DNA of 64,000 nt from Antedon mediterranea (lineage: Eukaryota > Animalia > Echinodermata), in NCBI RefSeq assembly GCF_964355755.1, contig NC_092672.1:5518001-5582000 (forward strand). Reading direction: 5' to 3'. The notes beneath the pieces were generated by a model. That model was not told where the DNA came from and did no database searches. It saw nothing but the letters and a program-made list of their open reading frames with translations. Made by a program: the position numbers and the translations under genes. This document shows, one piece after another, positions 27,801-41,000 of the stretch (positions within the stretch are counted from its first letter, which is position 1; every line of letters starts with the position of its first letter).

Positions 27801-30800
27801 TGCCGCAATTAAATTATATTTATCAAGCTTTTTTAAAATGTGAATGTTAAAGCTTTTAAACCATTGTCAAGGTTATTCCAAAGGTCTACAATCAAATGAA
27901 AGAATTTCTAAAGCTCTGTCTACACTATCAAACTGTATGTGACAAAAAAATGTGATGTGCTCATATATGGAGATGATCATGTCATATCGCTACCGTATTT
28001 GAGCATATCGCTACCATATTTGAGCATATCGCTTCAATATTTGGGCACATTACACTTGTCAAATTAGTTTGATATTGTAGACAGAGCTTAAAAAATTCTT
28101 TCATGCCGTTGAACTATTAGTTCTATGTTTAACAATCAAATATGGTAGTGAGGGTACGTAAACAACCATGAAGGAAAAACAGTTTAATACTGCTACACTA
28201 AGTTAGAAACAATCCTTTCACATGATACGGCAACCTATTTTTATACTTTTATTTTTTTATTTATTTTTTTTTTTATTTATTCAACTTCTCACTAACACTG
28301 TTAGTGAAGGATCGGGACCAACAGGTGGTAAACACCTCTAAAACGGTCCAGTCCCAATTGCACAGTTTCTGTGTGTGACAGTGGCTGTGTTTGTGTGGAC
28401 TAGTACACCGGGGTAGCCCCCTACTCGTCTCGAAAGATGTACTAGGTTCTTTAAAGTGCACATGAGCTATGTGTACACTGGACCTACGGTTTATAGTCCT
28501 TATCCGAGAAGACTCGTTCAACCACCAGAACCATGGAGCGAGTGAGCCTCGAACCCTTGCCGATGTTATGGCTACGTAATTACGGTTCCACTGTCTTAAC
28601 CGCTCGGCCACTCACTCACTCACAAAATACTTGTGTACTTATGACCGAAACAAGAATTAACATAAAAACGAATCAATTATCAGAACTTTTGATTTCTGGT
28701 TTCTAATGTCAGTAATATTTCTACGCAAATAAAGTTGTCTTCACTTACGGTTTCACTTTCAATTAATACGCCCTATGAATTTCCTGATGCAATCTCCAAA
28801 ATCATCAGTTATAATTATGTTTTCATCTTTCAGCGTAAACAACATTTACTAAATATGTTTAATGCACGTAACCTATACCTGATAATTAATGAATTTTTCA
28901 TGACGGTTTGGATAGGGTACATTTTAAGAAAAGTAGATATGATTAAAAAGATGATGTTCCAAAATTGACGTCTCTGAATACGTCTTAATTCCTCTAAGAT
29001 GTCAAAATGGAACAGTCCAAACAAGGAAGGAATTAATGAATATTAATGGCCAATGCGGTATTCAAATAAAGACAGCCACCAAGTTTAATTTAATTATTAA
29101 CTTAGGTTTATTCAAGCATTTTAGCATTAGTGTTTTAACACACAAGTTGTGATTTCAGATTCTAATGATGAGGAGGTATATCTACTCTATTCTACTGTTT
29201 ATAAATATCTTTTTAGTCGTTCAAAGTAAGTTTCTTGATTGCTTCTTTTGTAACGAGCTACAAAGTCAGAGAGCATGCCATGAGAGTTGTACATATCAGT
29301 ATTGTAACGTCAACAACAAGAGCCTACTGTATGTTGAATGCTCTTTTAAAGGTCTTAAAGTCGTTCCAGAGATTGATTTGCACAATGCGAGCATCTACAA
29401 CATAGCAGGGAACATTATACAGACATTGGATAACAACTCTTTTTCAAACGCTCACAATTTAAAAATCTTGTGTCTGGGAAAAAATGAATTAAATTACAGA
29501 GAAATCGCTTTAGGTGTGTTCCAAGGACTAATGAATTTGCAGTCGCTAAATTTCCAAGAAAACGTCGTACTAAGAAAGCTTCGCAAATCGTGGTTCAGTG
29601 ACCTTGTATCATTAACAAATTTCAGCGCACCGTATTGTGGTATAAGCATGGTTGAAGAACATACATTTGCGAACTGTAAACAACTAAAATTGATCAACCT
29701 TAGCAATAACAGAATTATGACAATATACGTTAATGTTTTCCAGAATCTACAATCATTAACGAGACTGTATCTGTCAAATAACAGAATAAGCAGAGTCATG
29801 GATTTTCCATTCAAAGGCTCCGAGAAGTTAATGCTCTTGATACTACACAACAACCAGTTAACAACTATAACTAAACAATTTGGTCTACAAAATATGACAG
29901 GTCTGAAAGCAATCAATTTAGCCTTTAATTTATTTAGTTGTGATTGCCAATTGGTATGGTTTCTGGAGTGGATTAATACCACAAATGTAACTATTCAAAA
30001 CACAGAGCAGACGGCTTGTGTAAAACCAGAGTTCTGCCCCGTCCTGGAATTTGACAGGAATGAGCTGAAGTGCAATACACTCTGGACTATTTTAACATTA
30101 GTACTAATTATTGTTATACCGAGTATTTCCATACTGATTGTAATCATGATTCTGTACAATTATCGACACAAAATCAGGTAAGATGGTGCGTACAGTTGGA
30201 TTGAAATACAAGCCCTTTCACACTATAAATATCAATTAAGTAGTTTTCAAGCAGTCAACAATGCGCAAAGCGATATGCAACCAAGTGTATCTACAGATGC
30301 AAGATGATTTACACACAGACCATTGCTTGGTGAGTGGCAACAGCATTACGATTGGACGAGAATATACCCACTGTTATTAATGCATGTTTTGAAAGTAACT
30401 TCATCAAAACAGAAACTTATGTGACTTTGCTGAACAAAAACTATACCATAATTAATATTAGTGATACTACAGAACGTTGACAGCAAACCTAAACAACATT
30501 TATAGTTAATTTGCAACCTTTTTTGTTTGTAGGTATTGGAACCAAAGACGTATAAATCGAAAACAATACAAGAAAATTTGCAATGAAAATCCTATGCCTG
30601 TTAACGGTGTTGACATTCGATACGATGCGTTTGTCTCGTACCACGACATGGAGCAACGATGGGTGCTATCTGTACTTCAACCGACGCTCGAGGAACACCC
30701 ATACAACTTTAAGCTCTGCTTAGACTACCGCGACTTTATAGCTGGTGAAAAAATCATCGACAACATAGAAAATGCAATTAAATACAGCCGCAAAATGCTG

Positions 30801-33800
30801 TTAGTGGTTTCAAACAGTTTTGCGAGTGGCGAGTGGAGTTACTTTGAATTGGAAAGGGCGCGTATGCGAATCTTTGACAATCGGGAAGATATTCTAGTAG
30901 TCATACTTCTTGAGAAACTGTTAGCAAAGAACACACCAGTTCTTTTACAACATGTTCTGAGTAAAAATACGTATATTGAATGGTCAGATAAACCGGACAA
31001 GCAAAGGGTATTCTGGCTGAAACTAATCGCAGCGTTACAGAAACCAAATGTACGGAGAAATGACCAATTTAAAGGATGTTTATAAATTATTTGTCAACCC
31101 TTTTGTATGTAATTTTGTATCTTACAATATAAAGACTAACTACTGTAAATAACATAATTTCTTATTAACACTTATATAGATAGATGTAGATTAAATAAAA
31201 GTAGGTGCAATCCCTACAAAAAAAAGAAGATATATTGTTTGTTTGTTTCCCCTACTACTGTATTTTTATATTTTTTTTTCAAGTACTGTACTACAATAAC
31301 GAATGACATACAAAAAAGACAAATATATGAATTCATGTGTATTATTAAGCTTTACCCTTTTTGCTTCTTGAGTGAGTTGAGTCTAGCTGGTTCTCCGGTG
31401 TAAATCTTTTCCTCTGGTATGTCTTCACGAACAACAACAGCGTACTGACGTATACTACAAATTGAAAGATCATCATGCGTTAATTTAACAAGCTTTCTCA
31501 ATTTACACTATCAAACTAGTTTGACAAAAAAAGGTGTGATGTACCCAAATATGGTAGTGATGACATCATCATGTCCATAATGGGCACATTACATTTTTGT
31601 TGTCACATAAAGTTTGATAGTGTAAACAGAGCTTTAGAATAATTTGGAATATCGGGGGTAGTTTAATGAATTTATTTGGAAATATGAGGTAAAGAATTTG
31701 TAGCTAACAAGCATATGGAAATGCAGAGTCTGCAAGTTTCCGTGCGGTTAAGAACTGTAATTACGTAGCCTGACATCGGCAAAGGTTCAAGGCTCACTCG
31801 CTCCAGGGTTCTGGTGGCAGAACAAGTCTTCTCAGATAAGGACTATAAATCGTAGGTCCAGTAAACACATCTTGCTCATGTGCACTTTAAAGAACCTAGT
31901 AGTACATCTTTCAAGACGAGTAGGGGGTTACCCCGGTGTACAAGTATACACACAGCCACTGATCATAGTAACTGGGCACTCTGGGAGACCAGTCTTAAAT
32001 ATCAAATTAAAAATAACTGGAATGCCATATTATTGTGACCCGAGTATAAATGACCATACCTGCTTTCATCCCCTGTAGCCTCTACTCCGAAATGCTCACA
32101 TACACTGGGCCAAAACTGTTCCTTCCAAGTCACAAAATCATCTTCCATGCTACAAATGGAAAAAAAAATTAACCTGATATTATTTTCTTTCGTTTATTAT
32201 TTAATCTAATAAAATTTACTGAATATAGAAGCTTTTTTTATAATAAAAAAAAAATATACATCTGGTCAATGGTCCTTGAAAGTAGTCTTTTATTTCTATT
32301 AAAAATATTAATTTTGTTGGTAAAATAAGTAATTTAAGTTCCTTGTTTATTATCTGAATAAATATGAAACTAGACATCGTTAATAAAAACAACATCCATC
32401 TAATCAATAGTCATTGAAAGTAGTCTCTTATTCTTATTAAAAGTAATAAACTAGACATCTTTATACCGGTGCTGACTATGACTTCATCATTTAGGGAAAC
32501 TGCATAAATCATTTTTAAGATTAACCCAAGTTTATATTGCTTTATCTGAATGAGTGTAGAGGGAATGAGTTGAACAATAAAGTCATATACAGTACATGTA
32601 AAGTCTTGTCTACACTATCAAACTTTTTGTGACACAATAATGTGATGTGCCTATTTATGGACATGATGATGTCATATCACTACAGTACTATATTTGGGGA
32701 TATCACTACCATATTTGGGCACATCACACTTATTTTGTCAAACTAGACAGAGCTTTATAACTATTTCCTGAAACAAATGCAAAATGATGGGGATATTTGC
32801 GATTGACTGTCCTCTACTGAAGGTAAGGGGATAAACTCAAAATTCTATTTTGGGTAATGATGCAGGGTTGCGAAACCTTTCCAATGACTCATGTCACTTA
32901 CAATACATGCTGTGTTTACCTAACGATAACGTTTTATTTGACTAGTGATTTTCTCTATTTTTGTGCAATCATTTTAAACAAATTTGGCAAATATTTGACA
33001 GCCTTTAGATGAGACCCATGGTTGGTATCTTGTTGAGTTTTATGAATCACAAATATTATCTATTATAGAGTCATGACTGTTTTTCTTGTTTTAACCATAT
33101 AAGGAAAAACTAATTCTCACATCTTGATCAAGTATGTACAATGCAAATTATAACACAATGTATGGTTCAAAATCTTTTTCAAAATTTTCATAGAGGTTAT
33201 TATTCATTTGAAACTATCAGAGGACACCCCTATTATATAAATGGACACTTTCCAGTAAAATGAACAAAGACCAATTATCTTTTAAAACTACTGTCAACAC
33301 CTATTCAGAGAACACCTCCATTAAGGGTCCTTTTGACAGGGCTTCTACTATCTTGTCAAAACAATTCCTGTCTACTTTTTCCTCTCTATCTATTGAACAA
33401 TTATATGATGAGGTAGCAGGTTAATCCTACTTAATCACACTTGTACATTGTATTTACTATAACATGGGAAATTTCCTATGATTGGAGAACTAAGATTAAA
33501 AACAAGACACTATTGTACATTGAACAGAACACAACTTCCTCGAAATATGAGTAAAAGGAGATTTAAATTAAGATTAAAAAAAAAAATACCTTTGTAAGTA
33601 TATTGAATGCTCTGTCTACACTATCAAACTTTATGTGAGAAAAAAATGTGATATATGGACATGATGATGTCATATCACTACCATATTTTGGCATGTCACT
33701 ACCATATTTTGGCACATCACACTTTTTTTGTCAAACTAGCTTGATAGTGTAGACAGACCTTAAGACTTAAAAAAAGGATTTTGAATGCAATTTCCTCCAA

Positions 33801-36045
33801 TACAAGTAAAATGAAACAATCTTATTTAACAAATTTTACTTTTGGGTTGTTCCATTTCAATACAGGGATTATATTTAAACTATAGTTCTGCCTTTTTTAT
33901 ATAAATTGTCTTGATGAAAAGCCTATGTGATTTCTGCCCTCTACATATTTAGTAATTTTTCTATGTTAAGTTAGAAAAAAAAATGTTGTCAATGAAATAT
34001 TGGGATAATTTATTTTGTAGGGGTGGGCTTATAATAAGGGTGGGCTTATAATAAGGGTGGGCTTGTAGTAAGGGTGGGCTAAAAGTATTTTAAAAGCACC
34101 TACTTTCCATCATCATCGCCAAGTCCAAGGTCAAATAATCTCTCGCCTCCAAGCTCTTCTAATTTCTTGTCAACAAACTTGCCCATCTCATTGTAATGCT
34201 CATATGTTTTGTTGCCAAGTCCAAACACCTATTAGAGGGATATTGAAATAGGTGATTATGATTGGTGATATATGAATACAAATACCCAAGTTAGTTTAAA
34301 CAACAATTTTGCAGGTTGGTATTTTGTCGGTAGCAGACTATCAAAATAACATTACCAGGGTTGATGATGTACGTGACAATAACATTGAAAAAACATCTCT
34401 TACCGCAAATTTAAGTCCGTCTAAGTCCGCAGTACCATCTTGTAACCAGTCATAGAATTCTTGTGAGTTATCAGTGGGGTCTCCTTCTCCGTACGTTGCC
34501 ATGCAAAATATCGCAAAAGAGTTTTCAATTTCTTTAATGTGGTTTAAATCTTCCTATAAATGAAACGTCAACTATTTTTTTTAATGTGCTAAAAGAACAC
34601 AGTACAGATAAAATTGATTTGTGGAGAGGGCTTTTTCCCCACTTTTCGTTGAGTTATATCTCTCTTTCCGAGGAGAATAGACTATTGTCAGTTTATCCAG
34701 ATAAATCAGAAACAAAATAGATATCAAATTCAGAGATACACAAGATTGATCACACTTCAAAAAGGACATACTTTATTAAACTAAGAATTAAAACAAATTC
34801 TTTGCTTTCAAACTACTATTTTTTTTTAAAGACAGAGAAAGGATCTGAATCCATCCCCAATTTAAAGTGTACACTATTGGGTCCAATCGACTTTAACCAC
34901 ATCACCAGTGGAACTCTGCTGCTACTGCTAAGCCTAAGCTAGGCCCCATGGCCATTTCATTGTTATGAATACTGTACTCACCATTTCGCATTCCTCAGGA
35001 TCTTGGATAAGAGCTTTCATTCCTAGACGCTGTGCATCCTTAGCTAAACGGCCAGCAAATTCTTCTGCTGTACCAGTTTGGGATCCATAGAAAATTATTA
35101 TATTTTTATGCTGAAAAATAAAAAAAAAGAAAACAGGCATAGAGAATACTATATGAATTCATGCATAATTATATTATTATATCGTCTGATTAATTGTTCA
35201 TTTTTCCTTTGTTTTTTCTTTCGGGACCCCTCAGGATACAAACCTCCGGGTTTAGAGGGTTATCCTTTGCTCCTACTCGTTTTTTTGTTGTCTTTGTTCT
35301 GTTTTTGTTGTTTGTTAAGTCTGCGACTTTTGATGTACAGTATATATATATATTTCTGTACCACTGTTATTTTTATATGAGCAAGAAATAAAAACAAACA
35401 AACAAACAATAAAATAACTTACTGTCGTCTTCATTTTTTGAATAAAACTAGAATCAACTGCTTTCGTCATAGGTGCACTGGAGAAATACAATAAAATTGC
35501 ATAATTTAAATTGTTAAAGAGCAGAAATTCAATAATTTGGTACCTTAAACAAATCATAAAATTATGTAATGAAATTTACTATTTTTTTCATACATTTTAT
35601 ATTGTAAAAACTGTTCATATCAGTGATAATGGTTGGTTTTCCCGAAAGCCTTTATTATATAGCAAGGTGCTTTTGATTTGTACAACTACATGTGCTCTAT
35701 TTATTTCAATATTATTGCAAAAAAACAAGGAGAGCTCATTTAATATCACAATGAATTAAATTCATGAGATACACAGGAACACTTCAATCATAATCATAAA
35801 TTATTCATAACAATTTAATACAATAAAATTCAATTTCATATCTTTGGTGGGATTTAAACTTAAAATCATACTCACGCTATATTGTAATTTTTAATATCGA
35901 TAGGCTCTTCTTTCTTCTTTCCTTTGAAGAAAAACCAGTAGACGCCAAGACCGAAACATGCTGACAAAACAAAGATATCTAACAGACCGATATACGGTGC
36001 TGCCTCCTCAACCGTATCCGTGCCAACATCATCAATAGAAGACAT
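21802..36045 (-). CDS. POR: NADPH-cytochrome P450 reductase, 14 coding exons, about 675 aa (36045-35876, 35477-35423, 35110-34982, 34553-34404, 34228-34104, 32149-32060, 31454-31356, 27328-27212, 26077-25959, 24907-24726, 24158-24009, 23837-23570, 23075-22847, 21946-21802)
   Basis: N-terminal TM anchor, [84 protein letters not shown] and C-terminal DVWS; exon lengths sum to 2028 nt in frame. Confidence 0.96.
22299..22477. mobile_element. PIF/Harbinger-like MITE, family B (TIR GCTTGGTTCCCA..., TAA TSD)
   Basis: Long palindromic element flanked by TAA on both sides; second copy in opposite orientation at 48136-48312. Confidence 0.8.
24916..25344. repeat. Tandem duplication of about 200-230 bp in a POR intron, adjoining a probable LINE 3' remnant (25350-25560, minus)
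   Basis: TACAGTATACAAAAGCAACTTATATATCAAACTTA begins both copies (about 24916 and 25145). Confidence 0.75.
27912..28088. mobile_element. PIF/Harbinger-like MITE, family A, best-preserved copy
   Basis: TAA|AGCTCTGTCTACACTATCAAACT...AGTTTGATATTGTAGACAGAGCT|TAA: 3-bp TAA target-site duplication. Confidence 0.85.
28270..28620 (-). mobile_element. tRNA-derived SINE with a Deu/Nin-domain-like core
   Basis: Pol III A box TGGCCGAGCGG, B box GGTTCGAGGC, core TCTTCTCGGATAAGGACTATAAACCGTAGGTCC...GAGTAGGGGGCTACCCCGGTG and an A-rich tail. Family assignment is from memory of the DeuSINE core. Confidence 0.8.
28749..28793. promoter_or_regulatory. Perfect ISRE/IRF-E (GGTTTCACTTTC) and C/EBP-ATF-like TGATGCAAT upstream of the nested TLR
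   Basis: Reverse complement of 28749-28760 is GAAAGTGAAACC; TGATGCAAT at 28785-28793; about 400 bp before the ATG. Confidence 0.5.
29165..31085 (+). CDS. Short Toll-like receptor TLR-A (29165-30177, 30533-31085; about 521 aa), nested antisense in POR intron 27329-31355
   Basis: Signal peptide, Cys-rich LRRNT, about 8 LRRs, LRRCT ([12 protein letters not shown]), TM, phase-2 GT-AG intron, TIR ([19 protein letters not shown]); open frame throughout. Confidence 0.93.
31745..31990 (+). mobile_element. tRNA-derived Deu/Nin-like SINE, second copy
   Basis: High similarity to the reverse complement of 28270-28620. Confidence 0.75.
33609..33760. mobile_element. PIF/Harbinger-like MITE, family A
   Basis: GCTCTGTCTACACTATCAAACT...GCTTGATAGTGTAGACAGACCT termini. 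Confidence 0.8.
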
Positions 36046-37881
36046 TTTTAACTGAAAAATTAAATTGATTTTCAATCGAATGGATGATAGAGATGTTAAA
36101 AGATTGTGAACAAAGTATATTGCTAAATGTCAAAGGCAAGAATTTACCTATCAATGAACCAGAGAGTACCAGTAAAACACCCTTTGATACAGTATACTAT
36201 GTTACCTAATATTTTAATCTTTTTGATTTAACCTTACATTAACTAGTACCATTCAAAATTCTAATTAACTATAATTTTATGTTGCGACACATTACATACC
36301 AGTCAAATTATTGAAGGTAGAAACGTGATTCTACAGATAGGCTGAGTTATTATCTACCTGTATCATGACCCAGTGGAACAGGGGTCAATGTGGTACATTC
36401 TGCTTATTTACAAGTATGTGTGATGTGATTATCAAAAAGGTTGGTGGTACAGCAGGTTGGCAGCCAACTTAGCCTAATTTCAACACTCCCCGTACTTGGG
36501 AAACAACTTATTTTGGGTCGATACAGTTAGTAAGCCTATACAAAAAATTCATACATAAATGATTAAGAATCGTCCAAATCAATTGTTCCCTGAGCAGAGC
36601 AGATTTCTCCTTAAAATTAAAACTTGTTTTTGTTTCCAATTCTAACCTATTGTATGCTTTCCTCTAATATTAAAATCAACAATTATTCATTTAGTATAAT
36701 GCCTTCTTATACTACATTTCAGTGGCAGAAGTTACAATTTATAACAATTTGTTAAAAAAAAATTATTTTAAGATCAGATTTAAATAATGCAATTTCCCCC
36801 CAAAAAAGAACAGAGGAGTTAAATAGTAAATTTATTAATATTTATTAAATTCTATTTCAAAACAGTCCTGGTCATAATGATACAAATAAATCTGGGATAA
36901 TAATAAGCATAGCAGATACAAATTTCTTCAATCAGACATATTACTAGAAATGATGAAAATAGTAAAAATATTATCATGGTAAACTCACATTCTTCTTCAT
37001 ACCAATGATAATTGCTAGAAGCTTAATATGCAATGAATGGATAAATTACAATGTAAACATCCGAAATAAATAATGTGCAAGATATTAACTTAACCACAGG
37101 GACCATGTGTACCGTAGGCCTACACACGAGTTAAAAAAAACCATGCACCGCAGACCTTAGACTTGCACTTAAATTAAGGGAATCCTGAACTTTTCTTGTT
37201 TTCTATTTATTATACATATTTTTAGATACATATTTGAGGTGTAATTTGTACATTTTTTTTATTAATTGTGTTTTTAAATTTAGGATTTCAATAGGCCTAT
37301 TCTTTTTCTTTGAATATTAAATAGCGGTTACACATCCAATGGACAGACACTTTTACATGATATAAACCTCCGGGGGTTTATGGGGCTATTCTTTTTCAAC
37401 CTAAATACCCACCATGCGTCCTTGTCATTCCATCCTTGTCTTATATTTTTATACAGTATTCTTGATGTATCTAATTTAGATGTATTGTATATTCAGTTCT
37501 TTTATGAATTTAGTGGTAAACAGCCATTAATTGTGACGAGTAGTGGTGGTGCGGTTTTGGAGTTCAATAACGGTAATTTGTATGGAATGCCGTGTGCGCT
37601 TTGATTGTCGTTGTTTTGTAATTTTTGATTGTCATTGTTTCGATCGACAGGTTTTCTTTTCCTCGGACGTAAATAACAACTTACATTATTAATATTATGT
37701 AATTTATTCTCTTTTTTTACAGATTGAATGTGATACGTTCTTTTAAACGAAATGGCGAATCGATGATTACTTACTTTAACTGTTCTAAATGATATAGGCC
37801 TATATGTTTAATAAAGTCAATAAAATACATTGTGGTGTTTGTATTGTATATTAATATAATATATAATAAGCCAATTATTAA

Positions 37882-38199
37882 AGATGTATTGTCCCTTGAA
37901 ACACAAAAAAATGAAGGTCAAAATATTCTAAATTTAAATTGGCCATATCAAAGTAATATTAAAGTTATTCACTTTAAGTTGAAAATTCGAGCCAAAAGCA
38001 ACAAGTTTACGTAATTAACAGGTAAATTAGTTTGATTACATTTCGTCTGGAAAATCGTCGCGAGCGAAAGTAAACAAAGATTTCAAACCACGAGTACGCA
38101 TTATGCATATGCTAATTAGGATTGTTTACAACTCGTCACGGTAGAGAAGGTATTTTCACACAGATCATGAGGAAGTTTTATGATTATGCATACAGAGTA
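37882..38199 (+). mobile_element. TTAA-flanked Kolobok-like non-autonomous element (left end; probably extends further right)
   Basis: TTAA|AGATGTATTGTCCC terminus; homologous to 8723-9040. Confidence 0.65.
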
Positions 38200-38844
38200 G
38201 CCAAACAAGCGCGTTTCATTATGGGGTATGTTTTGATCGAAAACTTTGACTGGAAGTCAGAGTTATTTTTTAAACAAAAAAACGTCTGTATTTCAGTTAA
38301 ATGATTTTTTGGTGATAGTTAATAACTAAAATGATACTTCAAAATGACCCACCTTTTTTCGAAATCTGTTATTTTTTATTTTTTGGGGATTTTTTTAAGA
38401 ATAATATATATATTTTTTCAATAAAGTATAACAAAATATATATATTTGTTATTGTATAATATATTAGTAAAAGTATAACATAAAAAGTAAAGTAACATAA
38501 TTTAATTACAATAACATGATGACATCAATTTATTTATTTAATATCCTAAATTGTTTTATACCTTCAGATATATAAATATTGATCAATTTAAAATGAGTTT
38601 TAAATAATAAAATAAGATGTAAGTGTCTGTACGGTACGGTAATTAATTACGCGAATTTCTGCGAATAACTCGACTGGCGGCCGGCCAGGAATAGTGCTGT
38701 AGAAGGTCGCGTTTTCGTCTTTACGTTGCTTTATTGAAAACACAAACAATGTATTACGATGGAATAACACTTAAATGTATAACACACCCTATTACTAATC
38801 AATAAAAACAAGATTCGATAGTACAGTGTAAACTAAGCATAAAA

Positions 38845-39262
38845 ATTCGGCAATACCGTACGTAAATTATTATTGCAATAATGTATAAAGATTCGATGTC
38901 AATGAGATATAAAGATTCGGCAATACCGTACGTAAATTATTAATGCAATACTGTATGAAGATTCGATTGTATGTAAATGAGATATAAAGATTCGGCAATA
39001 CCGTAGTACGTAAATTATTATTGCAATAGCAACTGTAAAAAGATTCTATGAGATATAAGGATTCAGCAATACCGTACGTAAATTATTAATGCAATACTGT
39101 ATGAAGATTCGATAGTATGTAAATTGGATATAAATATTCGGCAATACCGTACGTAAATTATTAATGCAATACTGTATGAAGATTCGATAGTATGTAAATT
39201 GGATATAAATATTCGGCAATACCGTACGTAAATTATTAATGAAATACTGTATAAAGATTCAA
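38845..39262. repeat. Minisatellite, unit about 70-75 bp, about 6 copies
   Basis: Recurrent ATTCGGCAATACCGTACGTAAATTATTAATGCAATACTGTATGAAGATTCGAT. Confidence 0.85.
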
Positions 39263-39502
39263 TAGGAGAGTGCTCAAGAAACGTCGGGTCAGTTCAACGT
39301 TATTTTTTATGTATTTAAAAAAAAAAGGAGATAAAACTAAACAAATAAATAGTATGTAAATGAGACAGAAAGGTTCAATAGTATGTAGATTATGATGCAA
39401 ACGTAAATTATTAATGATTCGATAGTATATGTAAATATATTTAGTTAGTTAATATTAAAATACAAATAAAATATACATTGATTTATCGGCAGGCAAACTT
39501 AA

Positions 39503-40128
39503 AGCCCCATTCCCTACGTTTTTTAGATCTAATTTAAGATCACAAACTATATTTAATGTAAAAATAATACTATATGGTCCTATTGCGATAACTTTTTTCG
39601 TCTTTAAACGGTTAAAAATGTGAAAAATAAATCGATTTTAATAATTATAGCGGCCCGCTATAAATCCCAAAATGCATTGCGCGCGGATTGATATTGTTGT
39701 TTTTCACCTGTAATTCGCCCACTTTTCGATCGATCGTGAAGCCAAAACAAATGGAAGACTCCTAACTTTTTAGCGAAAATACTGGGGTTTCCCCAATTTG
39801 TATCAACGGAGTCTGGCAAAAATAGAAAGACAATTAATGCAGCAACTATACAACGTCAGACTAGGTATATAGCTAGCGTACGATGTTCGTACGTTACCGA
39901 TGTTTACCAGCTAGGCCTACAAAACTAAGCCTAGCTAGGCTAGGCCTGAGACCGTCCACGAGAGGTCGATCGCCGCGAGCTACTTAGGTAGTGCATTGTT
40001 TCTCACTTTTTATCATAATTTACCATAAAACGTACATTTAAGACAAGGAATGACATGGTTTAATGTTTTTAAAGTGATATATATGTATTATTTTCCAAAA
40101 AACGTCCAAAATTGCAGGGAAGGGGTCT
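39503..40128. mobile_element. Putative Kolobok-like MITE with TTAA TSD
   Basis: TTAA|AGCCCCATTCCCT ... AGGGAAGGGGTCT|TTAA: 13-bp imperfect TIR with 2 mismatches. Confidence 0.5.
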
Positions 40129-40478
40129 TTAATTATTATAGAAATATAAAGATTTGATAGTACATGATTTGGCTTATATTTATTGGTTTGACCATACATA
40201 CAGCTGTAACTCAACTCGCCATAGGCCATGGCGTTGACAACGACAATCAAAGATTAAAGCGCACATGGCGTTCCATACAAATGACGATATTAAACTGGCG
40301 GCCGCTTTGGTTTGGCGGCCGCTTCGACCATACTCCGGCCTAGCTACTAGGGCTAGCTTCCCCTACTTCTACTAGCTAGCCTAGCCTAGGCCTAGTAGTA
40401 CTAGTTATTCTAGATCTACAATAATCTATTTAAATTTAATTCATATTTCTGTAGAATCCATACAATATGAACAGTTAC

Positions 40479-40640
40479 CTGTTAATAAGAGAAATCTAAT
40501 AGCAAACATCAAAAAGAGACAACAAATGACGACGACCGTCGCTGATCGACAAAAAAAACGGAGCACAAGTTTTTTAGGGCCGAAATAACCCGGAAACAGT
40601 TACCAACCACACACAACAATTCAAGAAGGCAAAGGTCATC
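40479..40640 (-). promoter_or_regulatory. POR: Probable non-coding first exon and promoter of POR
   Basis: The POR ATG exon is preceded by an acceptor at 36052-36053, so an upstream exon is needed. This CpG-richer segment has an ETS-like TTCCGG, ends in donor CAG|GTAACT at 40479 and has CAAAGGTCA near 40630. Confidence 0.55.
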
Positions 40641-40864
40641 TCATACAAATGACGGACGTACCTCCGCTAATAATTAACACTCTATAATTTTCAGATGTCC
40701 TATATAATAAAAACAAAATTATAGAAATAATTGAATAAATAATAACAAACTTTTTTGACAATAATTTTTAGATCGGTGAAACAGCACACTTAATAATATT
40801 AATAGTGGTGCAACTTTGGAAACAATTCACAACCAACAAAAAACAGTAAACATGCTAAATCTGA

Positions 40865-41000
40865 AATAATTTTGCGAAAAGTGAGTGGTGTAACTTCTAT
40901 CTACCACTATCTACGAATGGGAAGAACATCTCGGATAGTTAGATAAGCATTGTTCTCGGCCAAGCTTGAAACAGTCGTTGTTTGCGAAGTGTCCACATAA
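40865..41000 (+). pseudogene. Degraded TIR-exon relic of the TLR family
   Basis: TTTGCGAAAAGTGAGTGGTGTAACTTC (FAKSEWCNF), GAATGGGAAGAACAT (EWEEH) and GCATTGTTCTCGGCCAAGCTTGAAACAG match the cluster TIR exons, with a large internal deletion. Confidence 0.8.

Noticed and set aside
28270-28620. tRNA gene
   Set aside because: A and B boxes are present but there is no cloverleaf; it continues into a SINE core and tail and has dispersed copies.
30178-30181. Programmed TIR-less isoform by intron retention (AG|GTAA gives Arg-stop in every TLR)
   Set aside because: Any phase-2 GTAAG donor yields this stop, so it is not evidence of function without transcripts.
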